This document shows positions 30,980 through 41,659 of a stretch of DNA of 64,000 bases, in pieces (positions within the stretch are counted from its first letter, which is position 1; each line of letters starts with the position of its first letter). Made by a program: the position numbers and the translations under genes. The notes under the pieces were generated by a model. That model ran no database searches. It had not been told where the DNA came from and was given only the letters and a program-made list of their open reading frames with translations. The stretch is from an uncultured cyanobacterium (GTDB lineage Bacteria > Cyanobacteriota > Cyanobacteriia > PCC-6307 > Cyanobiaceae): contig CAVONQ010000018.1 of the NCBI GenBank assembly GCA_963697335.1, positions 1 through 64,000 on the forward strand, in the 5' to 3' direction.

Positions 30980-32107
30980 TCAGTCGCGGTGGCCGAACAG
31001 GCCACCGAACAGACCGCTCTTGTGGGGATGCTTGTGGCCCCGGTTGGTGTGGTGACCCGCCAACTGCTCCAGCAACTCCCGCTCCTCACCGCTGACCTTG
31101 GTGGGCAGCTGCACCTTGACGCTGAACAGGTGGTTGCCTCGCGCCACCGGGTTGCCCAGCTTCGGCACTCCCTTGGCCTGCATGGTGAGCACAGCGCCCG
31201 GCTGGGTGCCCGGCGGGATCGTCAGCGGTTCCGGTCCATCGACCGTCTCCACCTCGATGGTGTCGCCGAGGATCGCCTGCAAGTAGTTAAGCGCCACCTC
31301 CGACTGGATGTTGATGCCGTCGCGGCGCAGCTGGGGATGGGGCTGGACGCTCAGGAACACGTACAGATCCCCGGGTGGACCACCTCGCTGGCCGGCGTTG
31401 CCCTCCTGGGCCACCCGCAGCCGGGTGCCGGAATCCACCCCGGCGGGAATGTTGATGCGCAGCTTCTTGCGCACCTGTTGCAGACCCTGGCCGCCACAGG
31501 AGGTGCAGGGGTCCTCGATCATTTGGCCGCTGCCCTCACAGGTGGGGCAGGGCGCCACCTGGGTGAAGCTGCCGAAGGGGGTGCGGGTGGCGCGACGCAC
31601 CTGGCCGGCACCGGAGCAGGTGGTGCAGGTGGTGGGGCCGGCGCCCTCCTTGGCACCGCTGCCCTTGCAGCTGGAGCAGGTTTCGAGGTGGCGGATCTGC
31701 ACCTCCCGTTCGATGCCGAAGACGGCCTCCGCAAAGCTGATCGTGAGATCGAGGCGCAGGTCGTCGCCCTGCCTGGGCCCGCGGCGCCGGGGGCCGCCAC
31801 CCCCCTGGGCGCCCCCGAAGCCGCTGAAGAAGGTCTCGAACAGGTCGGCAAAACCGCCCATGTCGCCCATGTCGGGCATGCCATCGCCGCCACCGAGCCC
31901 GGCCTCGCCGAACTGGTCGTAGCGGGCGCGGCTCTGGGGATCACTCAGCACCTCATAGGCCCGGCCGATTTCCTTGAACCGCTCCTCGGCGCCGGGATCC
32001 TTGTTGATGTCGGGGTGGTACTGACGGGCCAGCCGCCTGTAGGCCCGCTTGAGGCTGTCCGCATCGGCATCGCGGCTGACAGCCAGCAGGTCGTAGTAGT
32101 CCGCCAT
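30980..32107 (-). CDS. dnaJ: Chaperone DnaJ
   Basis: HPD J-domain, G/F region and four CxxCxGxG repeats. Confidence 0.97.
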   Translation of the reverse strand: MADYYDLLAVSRDADADSLKRAYRRLARQYHPDINKDPGAEERFKEIGRAYEVLSDPQSRARYDQFGEAGLGGGDGMPDMGDMGGFADLFETFFSGFGGAQGGGGPRRRGPRQGDDLRLDLTISFAEAVFGIEREVQIRHLETCSSCKGSGAKEGAGPTTCTTCSGAGQVRRATRTPFGSFTQVAPCPTCEGSGQMIEDPCTSCGGQGLQQVRKKLRINIPAGVDSGTRLRVAQEGNAGQRGGPPGDLYVFLSVQPHPQLRRDGINIQSEVALNYLQAILGDTIEVETVDGPEPLTIPPGTQPGAVLTMQAKGVPKLGNPVARGNHLFSVKVQLPTKVSGEERELLEQLAGHHTNRGHKHPHKSGLFGGLFGHRD

Positions 32108-32109
32108 GG

Positions 32110-32868
32110 TCAACCCCCGTGGGGTGGAGCACTGGACTCGTGCTCAGGCCCTGCCTGGGCCGCTTCTGCAGGGGAGGCGGCATCGCTGGGTCCCGGTCCC
32201 ATGGACACCTTCACGAGGGCATGGCGCAGTACGCGGCCGTTGAGGTGATAACCCCGTTGCAGTTCCGCGATCACGACGTCCTCCGGGTGCTGGTCGCTGG
32301 GCTCCCGCAACACGGCTTCGTGCAGCATCGGATCGAAAGGCTCGCCCTCCACGCGCATCGGCGAGACGCCCAGCTGCTTGAACACATCCACCAGCTGGCG
32401 GTAGAGCCCCTGATAACTGCGGTGCAGTGACTGGGCCTCCTCATGCTGGGGATTGAGCTGCTGGCGGGCCCGATCGAAGTTGTCGAGAACCGGCAGGATC
32501 TCGCCGAGGGTGGAACAGGTGATCTGCAGTCGCTGGTCTTCGCTGTCGCGACTCTGGCGTTTACGGAAATTATCGAAATCCGCCGCCAGGCGCATGTGCT
32601 GGCCGTTGAGGCTCTCGTGCTGGCTCCTGAGGCTGGCCAGCTCCTGCTCCAGCGCCACCACCTGCTGGGCGGCGCTGGCGGCATCGGCCGTTGGAGATGC
32701 CCCGGGCCCCGCTGCTGCGCCGGGGTCGCCGGCTCCGGCCTCCGGGGGGGCTCCCGCCGTGGAGGGGTCGAGCCCCTCAGCCGTGGCGGGGTGCGCCGTG
32801 GCCTCGATCGGAGGCTGAAAATCCTGGGCGGGGTTGGTTTCGGGGCTTACCACAGGTTCACCGCTCAT
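32110..32868 (-). CDS. grpE: Nucleotide exchange factor GrpE
   Basis: [30 protein letters not shown] and [16 protein letters not shown]. Confidence 0.95.
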   Translation of the reverse strand: MSGEPVVSPETNPAQDFQPPIEATAHPATAEGLDPSTAGAPPEAGAGDPGAAAGPGASPTADAASAAQQVVALEQELASLRSQHESLNGQHMRLAADFDNFRKRQSRDSEDQRLQITCSTLGEILPVLDNFDRARQQLNPQHEEAQSLHRSYQGLYRQLVDVFKQLGVSPMRVEGEPFDPMLHEAVLREPSDQHPEDVVIAELQRGYHLNGRVLRHALVKVSMGPGPSDAASPAEAAQAGPEHESSAPPHGG

Positions 32869-32966
32869 GCGTGACAACGAGCACGTTCAGATCTAGACAT
32901 GTTGGGGGGCAAACGGGCGGCTCACAACGGCGGAAGCCCGCACCTCCCCATCCTGGCGCCCAGCGC

Positions 32967-34817
32967 ATGCCGCTCACACCGTTCCCACCCTTCCCGCCGC
33001 CACCTCCGGGAGCCGAGCCTGGCCGCCTCAGCGCTGGTGGTGGCGGCCACGGCACCGGGGAACTGCTGCAGAAACCGCTGCTCGATCCCGCTGAGCTCAC
33101 GCCCGAGGAGGTGCGCAACCCCGGCCTGAGCTACGAGCGCTGGGACGAGCTCGGCGCCTGTCCCGTCAGGGAACGGCCCGGTGTGCTGGTGGTGGCCGTG
33201 CCGAGCGACTGGGGCCGCGAGCCTCGGTTGAACGTGCAGGCCGCCTTGAGCAAAGTGGGCCTCAAGGCGGAGTTTCTGGAGGCCCGACACAGCGACATCA
33301 CCGCTGCCCTGGACCAGATGGCCCTGCTGACCTCGCTGCGACAACCGGCTTACTCCTCGGATCAGACGTCAGAGGGAGTGGCCAACGATCCAGTGGAGCC
33401 TCGATCGCTCACGAAGGATCTCCAACTGCCCAGCGCCAGCGGGCAGTTGCAGGAGGTGCGGGAACTGGAGGATCTGGAGATCAGCGACATCGAACCCAGC
33501 TCCGGCGCCAACACCTCACCGATCGTGAGCCTGGTGGATCGGATCCTGATCGAAGCCCTCAGCATCGGCGCCAGTGACATCCACATCGAGCCCCACGATC
33601 AGAGCCTTGAGATCCGCTTCCGGATCGACGGCGTGCTGCAGAAACTGGTTGAGGATCTACCCCGGAGCCTGGTGCCGGCCGTCACCTCACGGCTGAAGAT
33701 CATGGCGGAGCTGGATATCGCCGAACGACGGCTGCCCCAGGACGGCCGGATCCGGCGCCTGTTCAGGGGACGCAAGATGGACTTTCGCGTCAGCACCTTG
33801 CCGACCCGAAACGGCGAAAAGGTGGTGCTGCGACTGCTGGATAGCAGCGCGACCCAGCTGGGCCTGGACGCCCTGATCACCAATGCCGAAGCCCGCGCAA
33901 CCCTGCGGGAACTGGGCAGCAAGCCCTACGGCATGATCCTGGTCACGGGGCCCACGGGCTCTGGGAAATCCACCACCCTCTACGCCCTGCTATCGGAGCG
34001 CAACAACCCGGACATCAACATCTCCACGGTGGAGGATCCGATTGAATACACGATGCCGGGCATCACCCAGACCCAGGTGAATCGAGACAAAGGGCTGGAC
34101 TTCCCCACCACCCTGCGGGCCTTTATGCGCCAGGACCCCGATGTGCTGCTGGTGGGGGAGACCCGCGATCTGGAAACGGCCAAAACAGCCATCGAAGCCG
34201 CGCTCACCGGCCACCTGGTGCTCACCACCCTGCACTGCAACGATGCGGCCAGTGCCATCAGCCGGCTGGATGAGATGGGTGTCGAACCGTTCATGGTGAG
34301 CGCCTCTCTGCTGGGCATCGTCTCCCAGCGACTGGTGCGCCGGGTCTGCAGCGCATGCCGCATCAGCTACCACCCCAGCCCGGAAGAACTGAGTCGATTT
34401 GGCCTGTTGAGCAGCGATGTCTCTGATGTGATCTTCTATCGGGCCAACACGTCCCGGAGACACCTGAACAGTGCCTGCCCCCATTGCAACGGGAATGGTT
34501 ATAAGGGCAGACTGGCCGCGTTAGAGGTGCTGCGGGTCAACGATGGGATCTCCACCGCCATTGCCCAGCGGCACACCACCGATGTGGTGCGGCGCCTGGC
34601 CCTGGAGAACGGCATGAAGACCCTGCTTGGCTATGGCCTGGAGCTGGTGCGGGAAGGCCATACCACCCTGGCCGAGGTGCAGCGCATTTTGCTGACGGAT
34701 TCAGGGCTGGAGAGTGAACGGCGCTCCCGAGCCTTGAGCACGCTCACTTGCAACGGCTGTGGAGCCGGACTCAGGGATGATTGGCTGGAGTGTCCCTACT
34801 GCCTCACCCCCCGTTGA
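32967..34817 (+). CDS. pilB: Type IV pilus assembly ATPase PilB
   Basis: ASDIHIEP, RRLPQDGR, GPTGSGKS, RQDPDVLLVGE, TGHLVLTTLH, internal Cys4 and C-terminal CNGC...CPYC; start approximate. Confidence 0.92.
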   Translation: MPLTPFPPFPPPPPGAEPGRLSAGGGGHGTGELLQKPLLDPAELTPEEVRNPGLSYERWDELGACPVRERPGVLVVAVPSDWGREPRLNVQAALSKVGLKAEFLEARHSDITAALDQMALLTSLRQPAYSSDQTSEGVANDPVEPRSLTKDLQLPSASGQLQEVRELEDLEISDIEPSSGANTSPIVSLVDRILIEALSIGASDIHIEPHDQSLEIRFRIDGVLQKLVEDLPRSLVPAVTSRLKIMAELDIAERRLPQDGRIRRLFRGRKMDFRVSTLPTRNGEKVVLRLLDSSATQLGLDALITNAEARATLRELGSKPYGMILVTGPTGSGKSTTLYALLSERNNPDINISTVEDPIEYTMPGITQTQVNRDKGLDFPTTLRAFMRQDPDVLLVGETRDLETAKTAIEAALTGHLVLTTLHCNDAASAISRLDEMGVEPFMVSASLLGIVSQRLVRRVCSACRISYHPSPEELSRFGLLSSDVSDVIFYRANTSRRHLNSACPHCNGNGYKGRLAALEVLRVNDGISTAIAQRHTTDVVRRLALENGMKTLLGYGLELVREGHTTLAEVQRILLTDSGLESERRSRALSTLTCNGCGAGLRDDWLECPYCLTPR

Positions 34818-34862
34818 GGCCAAGCTGTCGCTGAAGCTGTCAGATCTGTAGCCCTGAGAACC

Positions 34863-35942
34863 ATGGCCGTGAGGATCGAAGAACTGATGACTGAGTTGGT
34901 CGCTGCGGGAGGCAGTGATCTGCACCTCAGCGCCGGGATGCCACCCTATGGCCGCTTCAACGGGCAACTCCGGCCGATCACTGATGAGCAACTAGATGAA
35001 GAAGGCTGCAACAAACTAATTTTCTCGATTCTCAGTCACTCCCAGCAAAAACGGTTGGAGCAAGACTGGGAATTGGACTGTTCCTATGGCCTCAAGGATG
35101 TGGCCAGATTCCGAGTCAATGTCTACCGGCAGCGGGGCACCTATGCCGCTTCCCTGAGAGCCCTTGGCAACACGGTGCCCTCGCTGGAAAGCCTGGCGAT
35201 GCCATCCATCGTAGAGGAAGTGAGTCGCTCGCCGAAAGGCCTGGTGCTTGTCACCGGGCCCACAGGATCCGGCAAGACAACCACCCTGGCAGCCATTTTA
35301 GACCGTATCAACCATACTCGTACCGAACACATTCTCACCATTGAAGACCCAATTGAGTTCACCCATGTTTCTGACAAGAGTGTCATTCATCAGCGCCAGC
35401 TAAATGATGATACCCACAGCTTTTCTAATGCGTTGCGAGCAGCACTCCGCGAAGATCCTGATGTGATTCTTGTGGGGGAGATGCGTGATCAGGAAACCAT
35501 TCAACTGGCAATCACCGCGGCGGAAACGGGGCATCTTGTGTTCGCCACTCTGCACACGAATTCGGCCTCTCAGACCGTCGACCGCATGGTGGATGTTTTC
35601 CCCGCCAACCAGCAGAGCCAGATCAGGGTTCAGCTCAGCGGCAGCCTGGTGGCGGTGTTTGCTCAAACGCTGTGTAGAAGGCACAATCCGATGCCCAATC
35701 AGCTCGGTCGGGTCATGGCCCAGGAGATCATGATCAGCACCCCAGCCATCGCCAACCTGATTCGCGAAGGAAAAACAGCTCAGATCTATTCGCAGATTCA
35801 GATGGGAGGCCAACTGGCCATGCAAACCCTCGAAAAATCGCTAGCCAATCTAGTACTCAGCAATCAAGTTTTGGTGGATGAAGCCCTCACCAAAACCAGT
35901 CGGCCCGAGGAGCTCAAGCGACTGCTGAGTCAACTCAGTTGA
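34863..35942 (+). CDS. pilT: Type IV pilus retraction ATPase PilT
   Basis: GSDLHL, GPTGSGKTTT, LREDPDVILVGEMRD and AIANLIREGK (AIRNLIRE-like). Confidence 0.93.
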   Translation: MAVRIEELMTELVAAGGSDLHLSAGMPPYGRFNGQLRPITDEQLDEEGCNKLIFSILSHSQQKRLEQDWELDCSYGLKDVARFRVNVYRQRGTYAASLRALGNTVPSLESLAMPSIVEEVSRSPKGLVLVTGPTGSGKTTTLAAILDRINHTRTEHILTIEDPIEFTHVSDKSVIHQRQLNDDTHSFSNALRAALREDPDVILVGEMRDQETIQLAITAAETGHLVFATLHTNSASQTVDRMVDVFPANQQSQIRVQLSGSLVAVFAQTLCRRHNPMPNQLGRVMAQEIMISTPAIANLIREGKTAQIYSQIQMGGQLAMQTLEKSLANLVLSNQVLVDEALTKTSRPEELKRLLSQLS

Positions 35943-35952
35943 GGCCATCGCC

Positions 35953-37209
35953 ATGCCGACATTCATCGCCAACTACGTGAAGCGGGGCAAGGTAGTCTCC
36001 ATTAAGATAGAGGCTGCTGATGTACTGCAGGCCAAGCGCAATTTACGCATGCAGGGGATTCGGGTCACGGACATCAAGGCCTCGCCCAACACGTCAGCAA
36101 TCAGGCAGAACACTGGGCGAGAGCTGAACCTGAAGTTCCGGAAATCGAGCCTGACCAACTCCTTTGAACGCAGACCGGGGGTCAGAGACAAGGCTGTGTT
36201 TGCCAACAAGCTGGCCGCTCTCATCACAGCCGGGGTGCCAATCGTGCGCAGCATTGACCTGATGGCGTCGCAGCAGACGTTGCCGCTGTTCAAACGAGCT
36301 CTGGAATCAGTGAGCCTGGAGCTGAACCAAGGCGTGAGCCTGAAGGACGCGATGTGCCGCTGGTCCAAGGTGTTCGATCGCCTCACCCTGGCGATGGTTG
36401 AGGCTGGGGAGGCGGGCGGCGTGCTGGATGAAACACTGCGCAGGCTCGCGAAACTCCTGGAAGCCAATGCCCGCCTGCAAAATCAGATCCGGGGCGCAAT
36501 GGCCTATCCGATCGCGGTGCTGTGCATCGCAATCGCTGTATTGCTTGGCATGACAATCTTTGTGATTCCAACCTTCGCCAAGATTTTTGTGGATCTCAAC
36601 GCTGAGCTCCCTTGGTTCACCCAGCTCATGGTGGACTTCAGCGGACTGATGCGATCACCATTTGCGTTTGTTCTCGCTGGAGCAATTTTGCTCACCCTAA
36701 TTACAGCCTTTAAGTTCTATCAGACACCCTTTGGCCGGCGCCAAGTGGATGGGCTTTTGCTGAAAGTGCCCGTCTTCGGTGATCTGATTCAAAAATCCGC
36801 CACCGCCCAGTTCTGTCGGACCTTCGGATCGCTCACCAAAGCCGGCGTACCCATCCTGCAGGCGCTTGATGTGGTTCGCGACATCACCTCAAATTCCGTG
36901 GTATCTGACACGATCCAGGGCAGTCGCCAGTCGTTGATGGAGGGCATCCCGCTGAGTATCGCTCTGGGTCGTGGCGGCGTCTTACCGGATATGGCCCTGA
37001 GCATGATGTCCATCGGTGAAGAAACTGGTGAAATGGACGTGATGCTCTCCAAGGTGGCTGACTTCTATGAAGATGAAGTTGAAACGGCCGTGAAGGCCCT
37101 GACAGCACTGCTTGAGCCGATAATGATTGTGCTGGTGGGGTTCATCGTGGGTGCGATCCTGATCGCCATGTATCTGCCGATGTTCTCCATCTTCGATCAG
37201 ATCAAGTAG
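35953..37209 (+). CDS. pilC: Type IV pilus platform protein PilC (GspF family)
   Basis: AGEAGGVLD, AMAYP, IGEETGEMD, LLEPIMIV and MYLPMF. Confidence 0.93.
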   Translation: MPTFIANYVKRGKVVSIKIEAADVLQAKRNLRMQGIRVTDIKASPNTSAIRQNTGRELNLKFRKSSLTNSFERRPGVRDKAVFANKLAALITAGVPIVRSIDLMASQQTLPLFKRALESVSLELNQGVSLKDAMCRWSKVFDRLTLAMVEAGEAGGVLDETLRRLAKLLEANARLQNQIRGAMAYPIAVLCIAIAVLLGMTIFVIPTFAKIFVDLNAELPWFTQLMVDFSGLMRSPFAFVLAGAILLTLITAFKFYQTPFGRRQVDGLLLKVPVFGDLIQKSATAQFCRTFGSLTKAGVPILQALDVVRDITSNSVVSDTIQGSRQSLMEGIPLSIALGRGGVLPDMALSMMSIGEETGEMDVMLSKVADFYEDEVETAVKALTALLEPIMIVLVGFIVGAILIAMYLPMFSIFDQIK

Positions 37210-37244
37210 CCAGGTCGCTGCAATCTGTCAGTTTTTGCAACCAG

Positions 37245-38564
37245 TCAGCTGCCTGGCTGCAGCGGCGCGGCGATCGCCCTGCCGACCAGCCAGCCGGAGG
37301 TCCAGCAGTGCTGAAAGTTGAACCCACCGGTGACGCCATCCACATCGAGAAGCTCCCCGGCCATGTACAGGCCCGGCACGACACGACTCTCCATGCGCGC
37401 CGTGGTGAGCTCATCGAGGGGAACGCCGCCGGCGCTCACGAACTCTTCCCCGAAGGGTCCCCGGCCCCGCACGGTGTAGCGGGAGCGGCGCAAGGCCTGG
37501 ACCAGGGCCTGTTGGTCACGCCTGGTGAGGTCAGCCCAGCGCTGGGTGGGATCCACCCCCTGACCCTGCAGCAGATGCAGCCAGAGGCGTCGACTGAGCT
37601 CAGGCCAGGGCCGGGCATTGGCCAGCTGACGTTTCGCCTGATCTGAGCGGGCCGCGGCCAGCAGCGCGGCGAGTTCCTGCTCCGGGCGGCCTCCGGTCCA
37701 GTCCACCACGAGCTGGGCCCGATAGCGGGCGGTGTGCAGGGCGCGGGCGGCAAAGGCCGTGAGCCGCAGGGTGGCGGGCCCGCTCAACCCCCAGTGGGTG
37801 ATCAGCACGGGGCCGCCCTGCTGCAGCGTGCTGCCATCGGGAAGCTCCAGGGTCAGCTGCACCGGATCCATCACCACCCCAGCCAGGGCGGTTAGAGCCT
37901 CCGCCTCGAGCGCCAGGGTGAACAGGGAGGGCACGGGCGCCACCTGGGTGTGGCCGAGGCTCACCGCCAGGCGTCGTCCACTGGGGTGGCCACCCGTGGC
38001 CAGCACGAGCCGTCCGGCCAGCAGCGGCAGGGTGGACGCCGCACCGACCCGCACCTGGAGCGCAAAGCCCTCCTCCCGGCGCACCACCTGCTGGGCGCTG
38101 GCGCCGAGGTGCACAGCCACCCCGGCCCGGCGGGCAGCCTGGAACAGGGCCGTGACCACCGAGCTGGAACGGTTCGAGCGGGGGAAGAGCCGGCCGTCGG
38201 CCTCTTCCACCAGATCCAGGCCGTGGTCTGCGAACCAGGCCACCGCATCGCCGCAGGCAAAGCGTGCGAACGGCCCGCGCAGGGCCTTCTGGCCCCGGGG
38301 GTAGTGGCCCACGAGGCTGCGCGGATCCCAGCAGGCATGGGTGACATTGCAGCGCCCGCCGCCACTGATGCGCACCTTCTGCAGCGGCTCCGCCGTGGCT
38401 TCCAGCACATGGATGTCACGCACGCCGGCCTCGGCAGCGATGATCGCCGCCATGAACCCGGCCGCACCGCCGCCCACCACCACCACCGCCGCCCGATCGG
38501 GAAGCCCGCCCCGCCCGGAGCGCGGCTGGCGATCCGAGGGCTCCAGCGACGGATCAGGAGCCAT
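37245..38564 (-). CDS. HI0933/YhiN-family NAD(P)/FAD flavoprotein
   Basis: VGGGAAG, KVRISGGGRCNVT, ITHWGLSGPA and GELLDVDGVTGGFNFQ. Confidence 0.9.
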   Translation of the reverse strand: MAPDPSLEPSDRQPRSGRGGLPDRAAVVVVGGGAAGFMAAIIAAEAGVRDIHVLEATAEPLQKVRISGGGRCNVTHACWDPRSLVGHYPRGQKALRGPFARFACGDAVAWFADHGLDLVEEADGRLFPRSNRSSSVVTALFQAARRAGVAVHLGASAQQVVRREEGFALQVRVGAASTLPLLAGRLVLATGGHPSGRRLAVSLGHTQVAPVPSLFTLALEAEALTALAGVVMDPVQLTLELPDGSTLQQGGPVLITHWGLSGPATLRLTAFAARALHTARYRAQLVVDWTGGRPEQELAALLAAARSDQAKRQLANARPWPELSRRLWLHLLQGQGVDPTQRWADLTRRDQQALVQALRRSRYTVRGRGPFGEEFVSAGGVPLDELTTARMESRVVPGLYMAGELLDVDGVTGGFNFQHCWTSGWLVGRAIAAPLQPGS

Positions 38565-39609
38565 GGATCGGCAGCATGGGGAGATGCGGCAGCACGGGGA
38601 GAGCAGCCACCGCTTCAGCGTGGCTCCGATGATGGATTACACGGATCGGCATTTTCGGATGCTGATGCGGCAGATCACGCTGCACAGCCTGCTCTACAGC
38701 GAGATGGTGGTGGCCAACGCCCTGCACCATGCCCGGCAGGCGCCGGAGGCGGCCAGGCCGGGCGGACGGCTGGAGCGGCTGCTGGGATTCCACCCGGCAG
38801 AGAAGCCCTTGGCCCTGCAGCTGGGGGGGGACGATCCGGCCCTGCTGGCGGCGGCTACGCAGCTGGCGGCCGAGTGGGGCTATGACGAGGTGAATCTCAA
38901 TGTGGGCTGCCCCAGCGAGAAGGTGCGCAAGGGGCGCTTCGGGGCCTGCCTGATGGCGGATCCGCAGCGGGTGGCGGAGTGCGTGGCCGCCATGGCCGCC
39001 GCCTCGCCCCTGCCGGTGACGGTGAAGCACCGGATCGGCATCGACGACCAGGACTCCTACGCCGAGCTGCTGGCCTTCGTGGACACCGTGGCCACTGCCG
39101 GCGCCAGCCGCTTCGCCGTTCACGCCCGCAAGGCCTGGCTCAACGGCCTCGATCCCAAGGCCAACCGCACGGTGCCGCCCCTGCGCTACGACCTGGTGCA
39201 TCAGCTCAAGCGCGACCGGCCCCAGCTGAGCCTGGAACTCAATGGCGGACTGGAGACCCTGGAGGCCTGCCAGCGGCAGCTGGAGCTCGTGGACGGCGCC
39301 ATGGTGGGCCGGGCGGCCTATGCCCACCCGATGCACTGGGTGGGGGTCGACGGGCAGATCCATGGCGACACCAGCCGGCCGGCGGTGAGGGCCTCGGAGG
39401 TGGTGCAGGGACTGATCCCCTATGCCGTGCAGTGGCTGGAGCGGGGTGAGCGGCTCTGGCCCCTGGCCCGCCACCTGGTGCACCTGGTGCAGGGGGTGGG
39501 CGGGGCGCGCCGCTGGCGGCAGCAGATCAGCACCGCCGCCAGCGGGCGGGAGGCGGGCCCGGAGGTGCTGCAGCAGGCGGCCGACTGGCTGGAGAGCCAG
39601 GGGCTCTGA
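38563..39609 (+). CDS. dusA: tRNA-dihydrouridine(20/20a) synthase
   Basis: FSVAPMMDYTDRHFR, NLNVGCPS, VTVKHRIG, VHARKAWL and MVGRAAY; start 38563 or 38584. Confidence 0.92.
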   Translation: MDRQHGEMRQHGESSHRFSVAPMMDYTDRHFRMLMRQITLHSLLYSEMVVANALHHARQAPEAARPGGRLERLLGFHPAEKPLALQLGGDDPALLAAATQLAAEWGYDEVNLNVGCPSEKVRKGRFGACLMADPQRVAECVAAMAAASPLPVTVKHRIGIDDQDSYAELLAFVDTVATAGASRFAVHARKAWLNGLDPKANRTVPPLRYDLVHQLKRDRPQLSLELNGGLETLEACQRQLELVDGAMVGRAAYAHPMHWVGVDGQIHGDTSRPAVRASEVVQGLIPYAVQWLERGERLWPLARHLVHLVQGVGGARRWRQQISTAASGREAGPEVLQQAADWLESQGL

Positions 39610-39640
39610 TCCTGCTCCAGGCGGTTCCAGGGCTGGCTCG

Positions 39641-40117
39641 TCAGACCTCCTGGGCCCCGTCACCACCGCTGCTGCGACGGCGACGGGTGCGGCCCGCTCC
39701 GAAGGAATCGGCGGCGCCGCCGTAGCTGCGGTCTTCCCAGCCGCGCGATCCGGAGCCGCGATCGCCGCTGCCGGCAGCGCCAGCGCCATAGGCGGCACCG
39801 CCACCACCACCGCCATAGCCACCTCCCCCGCCGCCGTAGCCGCCCCCAGGGCGACGGGGGCCACCGCCACCGCCACTGCGGGGTTCGGCCTTGTTGATGC
39901 GCAGGGGCCGGCCCATCAGCTCGGCTCCCTGCAGAGCCTCGATGGCACGGGATTCCATCTCCGGATCCGCCATCTCCACGAAGGCGAAGCCCCGCTTGCG
40001 ACCACTGTCACGCTCCAGGGGCAGGGCACAACTCACCACTTCGCCGAAGGGTGCAAACAGCTCAGCCACATCCTCCTGCTCCGCGCGGAAGGGCAGATTG
40101 CCGACAAAGATGCTCAC
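39641..40117 (-). CDS. RRM RNA-binding protein with Gly-rich tail (Rbp family)
   Basis: RNP2 IFVGNL and RNP1 RGFAFVEM; GGGYGGG repeats. Confidence 0.93.
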   Translation of the reverse strand: MSIFVGNLPFRAEQEDVAELFAPFGEVVSCALPLERDSGRKRGFAFVEMADPEMESRAIEALQGAELMGRPLRINKAEPRSGGGGGPRRPGGGYGGGGGGYGGGGGGAAYGAGAAGSGDRGSGSRGWEDRSYGGAADSFGAGRTRRRRSSGGDGAQEV

Positions 40118-40196
40118 GAACCAGGGGTAGGCACTCGGGCCTCGAACGGCTCCAGCCTAGGCCCGCCGCAGGGCTGCTCCCTCAGCCCTGCAGGCC

Positions 40197-41624
40197 TCAG
40201 CCCTGGAGTCGGCGGCGCGCCAGGTCCAGCTGCTCCCTCACCCGCTCAAAGGACGTGCCTCCCTCACTGCGCCGGGCCGCCACCACCTGGCGGGGGTCGA
40301 TGGCGGCATAGATGTCGTCGCGGAAGGCAGGGTGCAGGGCCTGCCAGCGTTCCATGGGCAGATCCCGCAACAGCACGCCCTCCTGGAGGCAGGCCTTCAC
40401 CAGGCCTCCCACAAGCTGGTAAGCCTCCCGGAACGGCACCCCCCGGGCCACGAGGTAGTCGGCCACATCGGTGGCATTGGAGAAATCGGCCGCCACCGCC
40501 GCCTCCAGCCGCCGGGGCCGGAACTCCAGGCCCTCCTCAAAGAGAATGGCCATGGCCTCGAGGCAATCGAGCACGGTGGCCACCCCGTCAAACAGGGCCT
40601 CCTTGTCTTCCTGGAAGTCCTTGTTGTAGGCGAGGGGCAGGCCCTTGATCATGGTGAGCAGGCCCATCAGGTGACCGAACACGCGGCCGCTCTTGCCGCG
40701 CACCAGTTCGGGCACATCCGGGTTCTTCTTCTGGGGCATCAGGCTGCTGCCGGTGGCGCAGCGGTCGCTGAGGGCCACGAAGCCGAACTCCTCGCTGGCC
40801 CAGAGGATCACCTCCTCGGCCAGGCGACTGAGATGGGCCAGCACCAGGGATGCCGCCGCCATGAACTCCACGGCGAAATCCCTGTCGCTCACCGCATCAA
40901 GGCTGTTGTCGTAGATGGCCTCAAAGCCAAGCTCCGCCGCCGTCTGGCGCCGATCGATCGGCACCGGGGTGCCGGCCAGGGCCGCGGCACCGAGGGGACA
41001 GATGTTGACACGGCGGCGCACATCGCCGAGCCGCTGCCGATCCCGCTCCGCCATGGCGACGTAGGCCAGCAGGTGGTGGGCCAGGCAGAGCGGCTGGGCC
41101 CTCTGCAGGTGGGTGTAGCCCGGAATCATGGTGTCGACGTGCCGTTCACCCTGCTGCAGCAGGGCGCGCTCGAAGCGCACCAGGGCGGCATCGATGGCAT
41201 CGATCCGCTGGCGCAGCCACAGCCGCAGGTCCGTTCCCACCTGGTCATTGCGGGAGCGGCCGGTGTGCAGCTTCTTGCCCAGCGGTCCGAGCAGCTCGAT
41301 CAGCCGCCGCTCCACGGCGAAGTGCACATCCTCGGCCTCCAACCCGGGGTTGAAGGCGCCGGCAGCCGCCTCGCGCCGCACCGACTCCAGCCCCTCGATC
41401 AGCCGAGAGGCCTCCGCCTCGCTGATCACCTCGCAGCGGCCCAGCATGCGGGCATGGGCGACCGAACCGTCCAGATCCTGCTGCAGCAGCTGGATGTCAA
41501 AACCGATCGAAGCATTGAAGCGCTCGATCGCCGGATGCAGCCCCTGGTCAAAGCGGTTGCTCCAGCCGCCGGCCTCAGCGCCGGTCACACCAGCCTGCGG
41601 CGAGGGGGAGGAAGGGGCGGCCAT
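40197..41624 (-). CDS. argH: Argininosuccinate lyase
   Basis: [34 protein letters not shown] and YNKDFQEDK. Confidence 0.96.
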   Translation of the reverse strand: MAAPSSPSPQAGVTGAEAGGWSNRFDQGLHPAIERFNASIGFDIQLLQQDLDGSVAHARMLGRCEVISEAEASRLIEGLESVRREAAAGAFNPGLEAEDVHFAVERRLIELLGPLGKKLHTGRSRNDQVGTDLRLWLRQRIDAIDAALVRFERALLQQGERHVDTMIPGYTHLQRAQPLCLAHHLLAYVAMAERDRQRLGDVRRRVNICPLGAAALAGTPVPIDRRQTAAELGFEAIYDNSLDAVSDRDFAVEFMAAASLVLAHLSRLAEEVILWASEEFGFVALSDRCATGSSLMPQKKNPDVPELVRGKSGRVFGHLMGLLTMIKGLPLAYNKDFQEDKEALFDGVATVLDCLEAMAILFEEGLEFRPRRLEAAVAADFSNATDVADYLVARGVPFREAYQLVGGLVKACLQEGVLLRDLPMERWQALHPAFRDDIYAAIDPRQVVAARRSEGGTSFERVREQLDLARRRLQG

Positions 41625-41659
41625 CGGGGCTGGGGCAGGCAGATCTGTCAGCTTGCCAC

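Noticed and set aside
32869..32966. CIRCE/HrcA operator upstream of grpE-dnaJ
   Set aside because: No TTAGCACTC-N9-GAGTGCTAA match seen.
38569..38604. 18-bp tandem duplication (also 12-bp duplication at 48778-48801 and AAGCTGTC twice near 34822-34841)
   Set aside because: Two-copy local duplications at gene ends with no spacers; not CRISPR and no evident function.
39770..39880. GCC/ACC-rich repeats
   Set aside because: They encode the Gly-rich tail of the RNA-binding protein.
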